Shown here: in pieces, positions 28,574 to 38,380 of the stretch | How positions within the stretch are numbered: the first letter of the stretch is position 1 | Layout of the letters: every line of letters starts with the position of its first letter | Origin: an uncultured Candidatus Saccharibacteria bacterium | Lineage (GTDB): Bacteria > Patescibacteriota > JABMPQ01 > JAQVVF01 | Assembly: GCA_964574655.1 (NCBI GenBank) | Contig: CAZNOH010000001.1 | Coordinates: forward strand, 265,852-329,851 | Length of the DNA stretch: 64,000 nt | Direction of reading: 5' to 3' | The notes under the pieces: generated by a model | Told to the model about the DNA's origin: nothing | The model's input: the letters and a program-made list of their open reading frames with translations, nothing else | Databases searched by the model: none | Made by a program: the position numbers and the translations under genes

Positions 28574-29683
28574 ATGGTTTCTATAGCTAGAAAGAATCTA
28601 TTTGGTGAAAAAATTAGATTTATGATTTCTATTTTAGGAGTGGCTTTTTCAGCAATGCTTATTTTAATTATGTTGGCTTTGTATCAAGGATGGAATAAAA
28701 AAGTAGGAGAGTATATAGAGAATGTGGATACTGATTTTTGGGTTGTGAAGAAAGGTTCTACAGATATGTTTCATTCTATTTCTCTACTGCCAAACAGTTT
28801 AAAGCCAGAAATTGAATCTATCCCGGGTGTTGAATTAATATATCCTTTTGTTGGTTACAGGACGATTGTTAATTTTAATGGCCAGGAATTATTGACATTT
28901 ATTGTAGGTTATAATGCCACAGAAAAAATAGGAGGTCCGAAGAAAATTCTGGAAGGATCAGGTATTCCTAAAGAGAGTGAAATAATCATTGACCAAGTTT
29001 TTAGTAAAAGCAAAAAAATAAATCTTGGCGATAAATTAAAAATTGCTGATAAAGATTTTACAGTTTCTGGAATTAGTGAAGGATCAAATATGGCTTTTTT
29101 TCAGTTTTCTTTTATTGATTTTGATGAAGCAAAATCATTTTTTCAAGGCCAAGATATTTCAAATTATTTTCTTGTAAAAGTAAAACCAGGATATAACAAA
29201 GAAGAAGTAAATAAAAAAATCGAAGATGTTTCATCGGAAATTGTAGTTTTGACAAAGAGTGAATTTTCAGAAAAAAGTCGAAAGTTTTTAAAAGATGCAT
29301 TTGTTCCAATTCTTTTTGTTTTAGTAATAATTGCTTTTATTACCGGCGTTGTGGTAATTGGTCTAACAATTTATACGGCAACAATCGAGAAATCAAAAGA
29401 GTATGGAATGCTTAAAGCAATTGGCGCTTCGAATGGTGATTTATATCGAATTATTTTTCAGCAATCATTGCTTTCTGGCATAATCGGATTTGTGATTGGT
29501 GTAATATTTTCGCAAATTGCATCTTGGATAATAGGACAATATGTTCCAGAGTTTGTAACTATGTTTAACATTGCTGACATAATCTATGTTTTTTTGGCAT
29601 CAATTTTGATGAGTATATTGGCAGCTTATGTTCCAGTTAGAAGAATTGCAAAAATTGATCCGGCTTTAGTTTTTAAATCTTAA
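28574..29683 (+). CDS. ABC transporter permease (MacB/FtsX family)
   Basis: ARKNL...RF, periplasmic loop, EYGMLKAIGAS, IDPA.VF. Confidence 0.88.
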   Translation: MVSIARKNLFGEKIRFMISILGVAFSAMLILIMLALYQGWNKKVGEYIENVDTDFWVVKKGSTDMFHSISLLPNSLKPEIESIPGVELIYPFVGYRTIVNFNGQELLTFIVGYNATEKIGGPKKILEGSGIPKESEIIIDQVFSKSKKINLGDKLKIADKDFTVSGISEGSNMAFFQFSFIDFDEAKSFFQGQDISNYFLVKVKPGYNKEEVNKKIEDVSSEIVVLTKSEFSEKSRKFLKDAFVPILFVLVIIAFITGVVVIGLTIYTATIEKSKEYGMLKAIGASNGDLYRIIFQQSLLSGIIGFVIGVIFSQIASWIIGQYVPEFVTMFNIADIIYVFLASILMSILAAYVPVRRIAKIDPALVFKS

Positions 29684-29687
29684 ATAA

Positions 29688-30533
29688 ATGGAAAATATAT
29701 TAGATTTGTATAACGTGACAAAAGTTTTCGGCAAAGACAGAACGGAAATTTTGGCTGTTGATAATGTTGACTTGGAATTAAAAAAAGGGGAAATTGTTTT
29801 GATAATGGGGCCAAGTGGTTCAGGAAAAACTACTTTACTTAGCATGGCTGGTTCTTTACTTCAGCCAACAAAAGGAAAAATATTTTTGCAAGGTGAGGAA
29901 ATAACAAATTTGTCGGAAAGAAAACTGCCTTTTGTTAGAAGAAAGAAGATTGGTTTTATTTTTCAATCTTTTAATCTTTTAGAAAATCTGACAGCTTTGG
30001 AAAATGTTGAAATTGCATTGGAATTAGCGAAAATAAAATCTAAAGAGGCTAAAGATAAAGCAAAAAAACTTTTGCAGTCAGTTGGATTGGGAGAACGATT
30101 AAATCACAAACCGAGTGAACTTTCTGGCGGAGAAAAACAGAGAGTTGCTATTGCTCGGGCTTTGGCAAATGATCCTGATATTATTTTGGCTGATGAGCCG
30201 ACTGGAAATTTAGATACAAAAGCAGGCCATGATATTCTGATGTATATTTTTAAGATTGCTAAAGATAAAGGCAAAGCAGTGTTAATTGTTAGCCATGATC
30301 TTAGAATAATGGATGTAGCTGATAGAGTTTTGTGGCTGGAAGATGGAAAATTGAGCCAGCGTAAAAAGGAAGAAGAGTCAGAAGTAAGAGATTTAGTTTG
30401 CGGAATGCATATTAAAAAGCGTGAAGCAGGCTGGGTAAGTTATTATCAAGGTATTGATTATTATTTTGATTCATCTGACTGTAAGAATAAATTTGATGAA
30501 AATCCTGAAAATTACGTTAATAAAAAAGAATAA
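29688..30533 (+). CDS. ABC ATPase (LolD-like) with C-terminal YHS domain
   Basis: GPSGSGKT, LSGGEKQR, DEPTGNLD; tail DLVCGM...YYFDS.DC...F..NPE.Y. Confidence 0.9.
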   Translation: MENILDLYNVTKVFGKDRTEILAVDNVDLELKKGEIVLIMGPSGSGKTTLLSMAGSLLQPTKGKIFLQGEEITNLSERKLPFVRRKKIGFIFQSFNLLENLTALENVEIALELAKIKSKEAKDKAKKLLQSVGLGERLNHKPSELSGGEKQRVAIARALANDPDIILADEPTGNLDTKAGHDILMYIFKIAKDKGKAVLIVSHDLRIMDVADRVLWLEDGKLSQRKKEEESEVRDLVCGMHIKKREAGWVSYYQGIDYYFDSSDCKNKFDENPENYVNKKE

Positions 30534-30567
30534 AGATAAATGCTTGTAAAATTTTTATCTAATTATT

Positions 30568-31461
30568 ATGAAGCCAATTGAACAAGACAAATTGTTATAT
30601 CCAGAGATTTTAGCTCCCAGACCAAAAGAGGCGCATAAAAAGTCTGTTGGCAGTGTGATGATTGTTGCTGGTTCAGAAGGAATGTCTGGAGCAGCGACTT
30701 TGTGTTGTGAAGCAGCAATGCGGGCTGGAGCAGGCATTGTTTTGTTGGCATTTCCAAAAAGTTTGAATGATATCTATACAAGATTAATTCCAGAAGTTTT
30801 GACTTTGCCAAGTGACGAAACAAAAGATAAAACTTTGGCATTATCATCTTTTGATAAAATTTTGGAAGCAGCAAAAAAATACGATGTTATTTTAATAGGT
30901 CCAGGTTTATCTCAACATGAAGAAACAAGGCATTTGATTTGCAAATTATTTAAAGGACTAAAAGATTTGCAAAAAAATGTTGTTTTGGATGCTGATGGCT
31001 TGAATGCTTTTTCCGGCCATGTAGAGCTTTTAACAGAATGGGGAGATAACAAAACTGTTTTACTGCCTCATGCTGGTGAAATGGCAAGGCTTTGTAATTT
31101 AGATGTTGATAATGTTCAAAGAGACCGTGAATGGTTAGTCAGAAAAAAAGCAAAAAAATGGAAAAGCATATTGGTGATAAAAGGCTATGAAACTGTTATT
31201 TCAAATGGAGATAAAGTTATAATTAATAAATCAGGCGGACCTGAATTGGCAACTGCTGGAACAGGCGATGCTTTGGCTGGCATGGTTTCTGCTTTTTGGG
31301 CGGGAAATATTAATTCGTATTTTGAAGCAGTGGCAACAGCTGTTTTTTTGCATGGATTAGCTGGGGAGATGGTTAGCGAGAAATTGGGTGAAAGATCTGT
31401 TTTGGCGACTGATGTAATTGATATGTTGCCAGAGGCCATAAAACAGTCCTTAAAGTTGTAA
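30568..31461 (+). CDS. nnrD: ADP-dependent NAD(P)H-hydrate dehydratase
   Basis: HK...G.V.IVAGS..MSGAA, IGPGL, VLDADGL, PH.GE, LATAGTGDALAG. Confidence 0.9.
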   Translation: MKPIEQDKLLYPEILAPRPKEAHKKSVGSVMIVAGSEGMSGAATLCCEAAMRAGAGIVLLAFPKSLNDIYTRLIPEVLTLPSDETKDKTLALSSFDKILEAAKKYDVILIGPGLSQHEETRHLICKLFKGLKDLQKNVVLDADGLNAFSGHVELLTEWGDNKTVLLPHAGEMARLCNLDVDNVQRDREWLVRKKAKKWKSILVIKGYETVISNGDKVIINKSGGPELATAGTGDALAGMVSAFWAGNINSYFEAVATAVFLHGLAGEMVSEKLGERSVLATDVIDMLPEAIKQSLKL

Positions 31462-31558
31462 AGTATGCTAAACTGTTTTATTGTTCTGTGTTTTAGTGTT
31501 TAAAGTGTTTGATTGTTAAAAGGCAATAAAAAAACCGAAATGAATCGGTTTAAATGAG

Positions 31559-32632
31559 CTACCAGTCAAGATCTGGATTAGTGAAGTCAATTTGTTTTCT
31601 ACGTAAAAAGGGAATGAGTTCGTGGATAGAACATTGTTTTAAGTATTCTGGACTAATTTTTTTACCTTTTCGTTTTGATGCTTCGAATATTAGAAAAATA
31701 TCGTTATCAGTCATTAGCGCTAATAGCAAGGCAGGATCAATTTCTTTTACGTTACGTTGCAAATAATCGTGAACAATTTCTAGAATTTGTCTGGTGTTTG
31801 CAAGATTGGTTAAGGGGTAGATATCGTACATTTCTTGTTTGATGGCATTAAGCAAATGAGAGGCTTCAGAGATGGAAAAAGAGAGAGATCCTTGTTCAGC
31901 TGATTCGAGACAAACATGATATGTGAAGAAATTGATTCTTGTTCTTTGGTTGTGTCCGCATTGTTGTACTAATTTTTGCAATTTAGGATAACTTGTTAAT
32001 TTGAAACCAATTCTTTCAAAAATATCATTGAAGTTGCCAAAGGTATTGGCAATAGTGTCGGCAAGCCGAACAGTATTGATTTCTGGAAGAAGAGATGGTT
32101 CTACGTATCCAGTGTCTTTGCCTAAAGAATGATGCAGAAATCCTTGAAGCACTTGGTGAGTTAGAAAAAGTCCTTGGCCTTTGCGTTCAATGTGTTGAGC
32201 TATAATAACGTTCATTTTTTCATGGCGAAATGGTTTTCCAGTTATTTGAGCAATGAATGATTCTCCGGGGTGTCCTAAAGGCGTGTGCCCTATATCGTGG
32301 CCCAACCCAATTGCGAAAGCTAATTCTGAATTCAATCCAAGGATTTGACAGATTGTGGAAGCAACTTGAGCGACTTCTAAGCTGTGGGTGAGACGAGAGC
32401 GGATGTGAACATTGGTTTTATGAGAAAAAACATGAGTTTTAGAAGCTAATCTTCTTAAAGCTTTGCTTTGCAAGATTTTTACTCTGGCATCAGTGAAAAA
32501 TGGAGGTAAGCAATTTACAAGCAGTTGGTTTTGATCTGAAGATTCATTTCTACGGCGAGCGCTTTTGTTCGGAGTTCTGAAGCGGCTAAGACAATTTCTG
32601 CAAGCTTGAAGTTTTTGCGGATCTATCTGCAT
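31559..32632 (-). CDS. dNTP triphosphohydrolase-like HD protein
   Basis: LRRLASKTHVF, RSRLTHSLEV, GHDIGHTPLGH.GE, F.HE; AGGAGG SD. Confidence 0.8.
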   Translation of the reverse strand: MQIDPQKLQACRNCLSRFRTPNKSARRRNESSDQNQLLVNCLPPFFTDARVKILQSKALRRLASKTHVFSHKTNVHIRSRLTHSLEVAQVASTICQILGLNSELAFAIGLGHDIGHTPLGHPGESFIAQITGKPFRHEKMNVIIAQHIERKGQGLFLTHQVLQGFLHHSLGKDTGYVEPSLLPEINTVRLADTIANTFGNFNDIFERIGFKLTSYPKLQKLVQQCGHNQRTRINFFTYHVCLESAEQGSLSFSISEASHLLNAIKQEMYDIYPLTNLANTRQILEIVHDYLQRNVKEIDPALLLALMTDNDIFLIFEASKRKGKKISPEYLKQCSIHELIPFLRRKQIDFTNPDLDW

Positions 32633-32734
32633 TTTCTCCTCCTTGTGTTGTGAATGAACAATTATCTAAGTTTAGTCTAAAAATTTTATTTGGTCAAATG
32701 ACGAAAATTGTTAAATTGTTAAATTGTTAAAGCG

Positions 32735-33562
32735 ATGGCGAAATTTTCAAAAAACTTTTTTATTTATGAAGCTGTTTTATTTCTAGTAACTCAGTTTTTA
32801 GGTTTATATTTGGGTTGGCGATTATTTCAAATCGAAGAAATAAAAGAATTAGTGGCAAAGCAATCTTATTCATTGTGGCAATTCTTGATTGCCTTTTTTG
32901 TTGGAACTGTAGTTGTATTATTGATAATAAAATATGCAAAAAGTAGAATTATATTTTCTGGCTTTTTTTATGTTTTATTATTTTTAGGTTGCTTGGCTTT
33001 TTTTGATGTTTTTACTTTAGGCTATTTAGGATTAGGCTTGGCTTTGATAGTTGTATTGTTGCGAAGATTTATGCCTTCAGTTTTGACGCATAACTTGGCA
33101 ATTATATTAGCAATTTCTGGAATCAGCTCTTATATTGGTTTGTCTTTTTTGCCTTTGCAAATAATTATTATGCTGGTTATTTTGTCTATTTATGATTTTA
33201 TTGCGGTTTTCAAGACCAAGCATATGGTTGTGATGTTTAAGAAAATGATGGAAAATGGCGCTAATCTCACAATTATTGTGCCAAATAGATTAGTCGGTTT
33301 TTTATCTGGAATTGATAAAATAAAGCCAGGTGGAGATTTCATGTTTTTAGGAACTGGAGATTTGGCTTTCCCAATTATTTTTGCGGTTTCGGTGTTGAGA
33401 GATAATGTTATAAGTTCTATATTAATAATAATTGGAGCTTTGTTAGGAGTGCTGGCAATTAATATTTATTTTTATTTTATAAAAGAACGAAGGGCATTTC
33501 CGGCATTGCCTTCGATAACGATTGGTTGCATAATTGGATATCTGGTTTCGCTAATATTTTGA
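32735..33562 (+). CDS. Presenilin-family intramembrane aspartyl protease
   Basis: SIYDFIAV..TKHM, LGTGD, PALP. Confidence 0.88.
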   Translation: MAKFSKNFFIYEAVLFLVTQFLGLYLGWRLFQIEEIKELVAKQSYSLWQFLIAFFVGTVVVLLIIKYAKSRIIFSGFFYVLLFLGCLAFFDVFTLGYLGLGLALIVVLLRRFMPSVLTHNLAIILAISGISSYIGLSFLPLQIIIMLVILSIYDFIAVFKTKHMVVMFKKMMENGANLTIIVPNRLVGFLSGIDKIKPGGDFMFLGTGDLAFPIIFAVSVLRDNVISSILIIIGALLGVLAINIYFYFIKERRAFPALPSITIGCIIGYLVSLIF

Positions 33563-33632
33563 TATTCGGATATTGCGGACTAGATATTCGGATATTATGG
33601 ATATTCGGAAATTATTCTTAATTTAAATTTTT

Positions 33633-34226
33633 ATGAATAAATTACCAAGTTTGTCGGAAATTAAAAATTTAATGCAAAAAATTGCCAAAGAAAATGGCGT
33701 TTTAGAACAAGTTGACGAGACTTGGGATCATGAAACTAGGGTTTGGAATTTTTCCAAAAAGATTGCAGATTTAGTAATTAATAATGGTTATAAAGTTGAT
33801 TTGGATTTTTTGAAAATTGCATGCTATGTTCATGATTTAGGAAGAATGGTCTCTGGAAGTAAGGCTTCTAAAGAATTAGAGCCAGTAATTTTTCATGGAT
33901 TAAGGGGGTATGAATTGGCAAAGGAACAAGGCTGGCCTGAAAAATTAGCGCGAGCTTGCATTCGGCATATGGGAGGAATCGGGCAGACAAAAGAAGTAAA
34001 TAAGGAGATAGGTTTAGGTAATAAAGATACTCTAGCTAAGACAATTGAAGAAAAAATTCTAGCTTATTCAGATTGTCGGACTTTTTTCAATGAAGAAAAA
34101 GGTAAAGCTGATATTTATCCTTTTAGAGTTGCTTATAATAGGTTTAAAATATATCCGAGAGTCGGAGAATTACTGAAGAAAAATAAAGAGTTTATTGATA
34201 AAATAACTGGTGGCAAAGTGGATTAA
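33633..34226 (+). CDS. HD-domain protein
   Basis: H..RV, HDLGR, HG..G, RH, EEKILAYSD. Confidence 0.82.
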   Translation: MNKLPSLSEIKNLMQKIAKENGVLEQVDETWDHETRVWNFSKKIADLVINNGYKVDLDFLKIACYVHDLGRMVSGSKASKELEPVIFHGLRGYELAKEQGWPEKLARACIRHMGGIGQTKEVNKEIGLGNKDTLAKTIEEKILAYSDCRTFFNEEKGKADIYPFRVAYNRFKIYPRVGELLKKNKEFIDKITGGKVD

Positions 34227-34323
34227 AATGTGATATAATAAAAAAAATATATTGTTTTATTGCTTCATTGTTTCATTGTCAACAATTTAACAATTGGGCA
34301 ATTTAACAATTATTAAAAACAAA

Positions 34324-36444
34324 ATGACAAAATTAAGCAAACTTTTTATTTGGAGTGCTTTTTTTGTGTCGTTGGTTTTTGGAATAGCTAACATTTCTTT
34401 TGCTAGGACTTGGATGCAGAGTGGGACAGAAGGCATGGGAGACACAAATAATAAAGGTTTTTATGGGTTTGAACAATTGGTTGGACAGCTTTTTGTAGGT
34501 ACATATAATAATACTGCTGGTGCACAAGTTTTTAGTTCTCCGGATGGGATAAATTGGCTTAGAGTAAGTACTGGTGGTTTGGGCGATGTTAATAATCAGG
34601 CTTATAATGGAGGCCATGTTGTTTTTAATAATAATGTTTATGTTTGTACTAGGAATCCGTTTTCGGGAACTGAAATGTGGAGAGTACCGACTTCAGGGAT
34701 ACTTTATGCTGCTCAAGTGAATACTGATGGTTTTGGTAAGGGAGCGGCTAATACTTTATGCATGGCAATAAAAGAGTATAAAGGAATGCTTTATACTGGT
34801 ACTGAAAATATAGGAAATGGCGGTGAATTATATGTTAGTGGCGGAGATACTACATGGACTCAAGTTGGAGCAAACGGATTTGGCGATACTAATAATGTAA
34901 TTTTTGAATCTTTAGAAGTTTTTGGTAATTATTTATATTTAGGAACATATAATGCAGTGACTGGAGGAGAGGTTTGGAGAACAGCTGATGGAGTGATTTG
35001 GTCCCAAGTTAATGTTGATGGTTTTGGCAATAATTTAAATATTGGAGTTTTGACGCTTAAATCTTTTGGAAATTATCTTTATGCTGGAACTGGAAACATA
35101 ATGACTGGTGGAGAGATCTGGAGAAGTAGTGATGGACTTAATTGGCAAAAAACTAGTTTTAGTAGTGTTTATGATTTTTCTGTTTCTGGAATGTATGAGG
35201 CTGGGGATCGTTTATTTGTTGGAACTCAAAATGTGGTTAATGGGGCAGCAATATTTGAAACGACTGATGGTCAAGTTTGGACGCAGACTAATCAGGGTGG
35301 TTTTGGCGTGGCAGGTATTCTGGGTTTATTTGCGGTAAGAGATTTTGGCTTAATGGGAGATTATTTATATGCTGGCGCGAACACTAATTTTTTGAGTCCG
35401 ATTGGCGGCAGAGTTTATAAGGCTGATGTGATTGCGCCAACTATAACAGCTAGTCCAGATAATAAAGTTTCCAGGAAAAAAATTAAAGTGACATTATCAA
35501 GCAATGACAGTTCTGGCTCAATTTATTATACAATTGATGGTTCTGAGCCTTCTATTGCTTCAACAAAATATTCAAAGACATTAACTTTTAAAAAGACTAA
35601 AATATTAAAATTTATTGGCGTGGATATAGAAGGAAATATCAGCAGTGTTTCAACAAAATATTTTATTGTAACAAGTTATCCGTATTTATATAATGCAAAT
35701 AAAGAATTGCGGGAGAAAAATGGGACGATAGAGTTTTATAATATTTCAACAGGAAAATATGGCAAGAAATTTAAGCCATTTTCTTCTGGCTTGAAATATT
35801 TTACAGTTGCTGATCCGAATCAAGATAATAAAACAGAAATTATTGCAAATAATGGAAGTGAAATTAAGGTTTATAATTCCAAAAGAAAATTAAAATATAC
35901 TTTGAATATTTCTAATGATTATTTGGCATTTGGTGATATTGATAATAGTAAAAAAGAAAAAACTTTAATTGCTAAAGCCAAGATTTTGAAAATTTATAAT
36001 AAAATAAGCTTGGTTAAAACATTTAATTTTTCAGAAAACATAAAAAATATTGCAGTTGGCAGGGTGTTGAAATATGATCAGCCTTTAATAATTATTGGCT
36101 TTGATAACAAAATTAAATTATACCAATACAAAAATAGCAGCTTGGTTTTGAAAAAAACAAAAACTTTAGTTTACAGTAAATTAATGGCTTATGATTTAGA
36201 TACTGATGGTTTAGATAACATAATGTATTCTAAAAATAATAGAGTCTATGTTTTGAATAAAAAATTAAAGAAAAAGTTTTCTTTTAAGGGAGGTTCAAGT
36301 TTTTTGTCTGTAGCTGATGTTAATTCTGATTATTTATTAGAAACATTGGTTAGTACTGGAAAGAAATTAAAGACTTATTCAAACATAGGAATATTATTAT
36401 CATCAAAAAAAGATTTAGGAAAATGGCAAGGGGTAAAATTTTAG
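34324..36444 (+). CDS. Secreted propeller-repeat protein with chitobiase-C/FN3-like and Lys-rich FG-GAP-like domains
   Basis: Signal peptide; LY.GT.N...GGE.WR..DG..W.Q...GFG repeats; IYYTIDGSEP; AD.N.D...EI. Confidence 0.75.
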   Translation: MTKLSKLFIWSAFFVSLVFGIANISFARTWMQSGTEGMGDTNNKGFYGFEQLVGQLFVGTYNNTAGAQVFSSPDGINWLRVSTGGLGDVNNQAYNGGHVVFNNNVYVCTRNPFSGTEMWRVPTSGILYAAQVNTDGFGKGAANTLCMAIKEYKGMLYTGTENIGNGGELYVSGGDTTWTQVGANGFGDTNNVIFESLEVFGNYLYLGTYNAVTGGEVWRTADGVIWSQVNVDGFGNNLNIGVLTLKSFGNYLYAGTGNIMTGGEIWRSSDGLNWQKTSFSSVYDFSVSGMYEAGDRLFVGTQNVVNGAAIFETTDGQVWTQTNQGGFGVAGILGLFAVRDFGLMGDYLYAGANTNFLSPIGGRVYKADVIAPTITASPDNKVSRKKIKVTLSSNDSSGSIYYTIDGSEPSIASTKYSKTLTFKKTKILKFIGVDIEGNISSVSTKYFIVTSYPYLYNANKELREKNGTIEFYNISTGKYGKKFKPFSSGLKYFTVADPNQDNKTEIIANNGSEIKVYNSKRKLKYTLNISNDYLAFGDIDNSKKEKTLIAKAKILKIYNKISLVKTFNFSENIKNIAVGRVLKYDQPLIIIGFDNKIKLYQYKNSSLVLKKTKTLVYSKLMAYDLDTDGLDNIMYSKNNRVYVLNKKLKKKFSFKGGSSFLSVADVNSDYLLETLVSTGKKLKTYSNIGILLSSKKDLGKWQGVKF

Positions 36445-36457
36445 CACTAGATTTCTC

Positions 36458-36486
36458 TTGACACTTATTTTGACTTAGCGTATTAT
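36458..36486 (+). promoter_or_regulatory. Sigma70 promoter
   Basis: TTGACA-17-TATTAT. Confidence 0.75.
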
Positions 36487-36494
36487 TTAAAGTG

Positions 36495-36566
36495 ATGAAA
36501 AAAATTACTGTAATTACAAATCGTCGTAGAAGTGAATTAATGGAAACTGGATTCCCGAATCTTTAA
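36495..36566 (+). CDS. Attenuator leader peptide MKKITVITNRRRSELMETGFPNL
   Basis: Starts near the predicted TSS; CGT CGT AGA at 36522-36530; overlaps the antiterminator strand. Confidence 0.7.
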   Translation: MKKITVITNRRRSELMETGFPNL

Positions 36567-36620
36567 TTTTTTTAAAAAATTGATTGCATAAAGATCTCGG
36601 AAGTCCGAGGTCTTTTTTTG
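36549..36620 (+). promoter_or_regulatory. Mutually exclusive antiterminator/terminator (transcription attenuator)
   Basis: Terminator AAAGATCTCGG-AAGT-CCGAGGTCTTT plus T-run; alternative pairing of 36549-36564 with 36590-36606. Confidence 0.75.
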
Positions 36621-36645
36621 CTTTTGAATAGGAAGGAGGAGGGAA

Positions 36646-37194
36646 ATGGAGAGAAGAATCTTGGAAGCAGGCCACTACTATAAGGCAAAGGGTCCTACAG
36701 CATGGTCAATGATTGGTTGGGGCGTGTTGGAACAGTTGAGGCAAGTTGATGATGTGACGATGTTGTTTGTTGATGACTTTCATGAATTGAAAGATTTGGA
36801 TGAGACAGAAAGAGAGGCTGATGTTGTGGAATTTGCTCCGAATCCGGATTATATTGTTTATGAAGCTTCTCAAATCTCGAATGCAAAAAAGGTTTTTGAG
36901 ATGTTGATGGCCCTTTCGGCAAAAAGACGGCCCAAGCAAAGAGAAGATGGCAGTTGGAAATTGAATGGTACGATCAAGTTGAGATATCCGAGTGGCAAGT
37001 TTACCTGTGTAATGTTGGATGCCGGACTTTGTCTGCAGAAGAGTGCAATTGCTTCTGAGGCAATCAATGTTGTTCCTTATTATTATGAATCTGAGCAAAG
37101 AAGTTTGCTGGCGATTTTGAAAAAAGCGATGCCAGACTTTTCTTTGCAAGTTGTTCTTTTTGAGCTGAATGGAGAATTTCGAATGCTCATGTAG
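36646..37194 (+). CDS. Uncharacterised protein resembling a minimal ArgRS catalytic domain
   Basis: Colinear motif similarity with the adjacent ArgS (by eye); strong SD. Confidence 0.6.
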   Translation: MERRILEAGHYYKAKGPTAWSMIGWGVLEQLRQVDDVTMLFVDDFHELKDLDETEREADVVEFAPNPDYIVYEASQISNAKKVFEMLMALSAKRRPKQREDGSWKLNGTIKLRYPSGKFTCVMLDAGLCLQKSAIASEAINVVPYYYESEQRSLLAILKKAMPDFSLQVVLFELNGEFRMLM

Positions 37195-37241
37195 TTTTTA
37201 TTCTCCATTCCTTTTTTTATGAATTATTTATTTTAATATAT

Positions 37242-38336
37242 ATGAAATTGCAGATTGTTTGTTTGAAATGTGGCAAGAAATTTGACTTTGATAAAAAAAA
37301 TCCAAAATGTTGTTTGGATAGTTTTTATTATGATAATTTTACTCCAGTTGCAAAAAATGTTTTTGCTCTAAAAAGGAAATTAAAAAATAAATGGTTGAGT
37401 TTAGATGAAGGAAATACATTGCTTAAAAAATTTGAAAATTTGAATAAATATTTTTCTGGCGTTGAAATTTTTGGAAAAATGGAAAATTTAAATCCAACAG
37501 GATCATTCAAAGATCGAGAAACAGTTGTAGCAATCAATGTAGCAAAAGCGCAAAAAATCAAAAAAGTTGGCGTAATATCTTCTGGCAATGCAGCTTTGTC
37601 AGTTGCTTGTTATGCAAAAAAAGCTAAATTAAAATGTGTTTGTTTTGTGCCAAAAAAAGTTTCAAAAAGAAAATTAAAATTAATAGAATCTTTTGGCGCA
37701 AAAGTTGTAAAAAAGGCAGGATTTTTTGAGGATGTTTATAAAAATGTAATTGATAATGAAAAAAATATTTATCATTTATCTGCTGGGCAAAATTGTTTTA
37801 GAGATTTGGGCAGTCAAGAAATAAGTTTTGAAATATTTGAAAAATTTGGCAAGGATAATATGCCCGACAAGATTGTTGTTCCAGCTGGAAATGGATGTTT
37901 GCTATATAGCATATATAGAGGTTTTGAAGTATTGAAAAAAGATAATAAAATAAAAAAAATTCCGCAAATGATTGGAGTTCAGATGAAGAATGCTTCGCCG
38001 ATAAAAAAAGCATTAGAAAAAAAAGAATTGTATTGTGAATTAAAAAATATTAAAGATTCAATAGCTGAAGGAATCGTTGCTTTGGAAAGTTATTGTTCTC
38101 CCAAGGCAATTTTGGCATTAAAAAAAACAAAAGGCTTTGTAGTTGAAGTTACTGATAATGAAATTAAAAAATGGGATAAGATAATTCAGAAAAAAGAATC
38201 AATATTTTTAGAGCCAACTGCTGTTACTGTTTTTCCAGCTGTTAAAAAACTGAAATTAAAAAAAGGTGAAAAAGTTGTATTGATTTTGACAGGCAGTAAA
38301 AAGAAACAAACTACCGTTAGTGGTAGTTTGAGGTAA
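37242..38336 (+). CDS. Threonine synthase-like PLP enzyme (fold type II)
   Basis: LDEGNT, KMENLNPTGSFKDR, SSGNAA, VPAGNG, LTG. Confidence 0.82.
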   Translation: MKLQIVCLKCGKKFDFDKKNPKCCLDSFYYDNFTPVAKNVFALKRKLKNKWLSLDEGNTLLKKFENLNKYFSGVEIFGKMENLNPTGSFKDRETVVAINVAKAQKIKKVGVISSGNAALSVACYAKKAKLKCVCFVPKKVSKRKLKLIESFGAKVVKKAGFFEDVYKNVIDNEKNIYHLSAGQNCFRDLGSQEISFEIFEKFGKDNMPDKIVVPAGNGCLLYSIYRGFEVLKKDNKIKKIPQMIGVQMKNASPIKKALEKKELYCELKNIKDSIAEGIVALESYCSPKAILALKKTKGFVVEVTDNEIKKWDKIIQKKESIFLEPTAVTVFPAVKKLKLKKGEKVVLILTGSKKKQTTVSGSLR

Positions 38337-38380
38337 AAAAAATCCTTCGAGATGAAGGATTGATAAAGTGCAAAATTTAA

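Noticed and set aside
37242-38336. Threonine synthase-like gene (and the formyltransferase at 44712) as certain members of the arginine system
   Set aside because: Both are very AT-rich and SD-less, unlike the arginine genes; the linkage may be positional only
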